From Mobula hypostoma (lineage: Eukaryota), in NCBI RefSeq assembly GCF_963921235.1, contig NC_086097.1:57538001-57602000 (forward strand): DNA of 64,000 nucleotides. Reading direction: 5' to 3'. The notes below the pieces were generated by a model. That model ran no database searches and was not told the origin of the DNA. It worked only from the letters and a program-made list of their open reading frames with translations. Shown here one piece after another: positions 63,011-64,000 of this stretch; the first letter of the stretch is position 1; each line of letters opens with the position of its first letter. The position numbers and the translations under genes were made by a program.

Positions 63011-64000
63011 TTAGAACATAGAACATAGAATAGTACAGCACAGTACAGGCCCTTCGGCCCACAAAGTTGTGCCGACCCTCAAACCCTGCCTCCCATATAA
63101 GCCCCCACCTTAAATTCCTCCATATACCTGTCTAGTAGTCTCTTAAACTTCACTAGTGTATCTGCCTCCACCACTGACTCAGGCAGTGCATTCCACGCAC
63201 CAACCACTCTCTGAGTAAAAAACCTTCCTCTAATATCCCCCTTGAACTTCCCACCCCTTACCTTAAAGCCATGTCCTCTTGTATTGAGCAGTGGTGCCCT
63301 GGGGAAGAGGTGCTGGCTATCCACTCTATCTATTCCTCTTATTATCTTGTACACCTCTATCATGTCTCCTCTCATGCTTCTTCTCTCCAAAAAGAGTAAA
63401 GCCCTAGCTCCCTTAATCTCTGATCATAATCCATACTCTCTAAACCAGGCAGCATCCTGGTAAATCTCCTCTGTACCCTTTCCAATGCTTCCACATCCTT
63501 CCTATAGTGGGGTGACCAGAACTGGACACAGTACTCCAAGTGTGGCCTAACCAGAGTTTTATAGAGCTGCATCATTATATCGCGACTCTTAAACTCTATC
63601 CCTCGACTTATGAAAGCTAACACCCCATAAGCTTTCTTAACTACCCTATTTACCTGTGAGGCAACTTTCAGGGATCTGTGGACATGTACCCTGAGATCCC
63701 TGTGCTCCTCCACACTACCAAGTATCCTGCCATTTACTTTGTACTCTGCCTTGGAGTTTGTCCTTCCAAAGTGTACCATCTCACACTTCTCCGGGTTGAA
63801 CTCCATCTGCCACTTCTCAGCCCACTTCTGCTTCCTATCGATGTCTCTCTGCAATCTTTGACAATCCTCTACACTATCTACAACACCACCAACCTTTGTG
63901 TCGTCTGCAAACTTGCCAACCCACCCTTCTACCCCCACATCCAGGTCGTTAATAAAAATCACGAAAAGTAGAGGTCTCAGAACAGATCCTTGTGGGACAC
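63011..64000 (-). mobile_element. Young CR1 (family B) 3' part, runs off the window
   Basis: Nearly identical reverse complement of about 11050-12037; FADDTKV; (TTCTATG)n tail; frameshift in the A-run near 63390. Confidence 0.95.

Overview
Vertebrate genomic DNA, most likely a cartilaginous fish (ray or shark, inferred from the repeat families present). The window holds nine consecutive internal coding exons of KIAA0586/TALPID3 (centriole/ciliogenesis protein) on the + strand. All have AG/GT splice sites with matching phases and together encode about 510 aa of the C-terminal half; the gene's start and end lie outside the window. The introns are filled with nested transposable elements: young and old CR1 LINEs (one near full length with a SGNH-esterase ORF1), Rex1/Babar LINEs, Penelope-like elements (GIY-YIG, Neptune type), Tc1, hAT-Charlie and pogo remnants, solo LTRs and SINEs. 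Most notable: (1) about nine minimal hammerhead-ribozyme-like motifs carried by Penelope-derived fold-back insertions with clear target-site duplications (TSDs), whose arms repeatedly break at the ribozyme edge; (2) an old intragenic duplication of the region around one exon, with that exon missing from the copy; (3) a recurrent internally deleted Rex-derived non-autonomous element; (4) two pairs of near-identical inverted CR1 copies bracketing exon blocks. Gene and family names come from my recognition of motifs, not from database searches.
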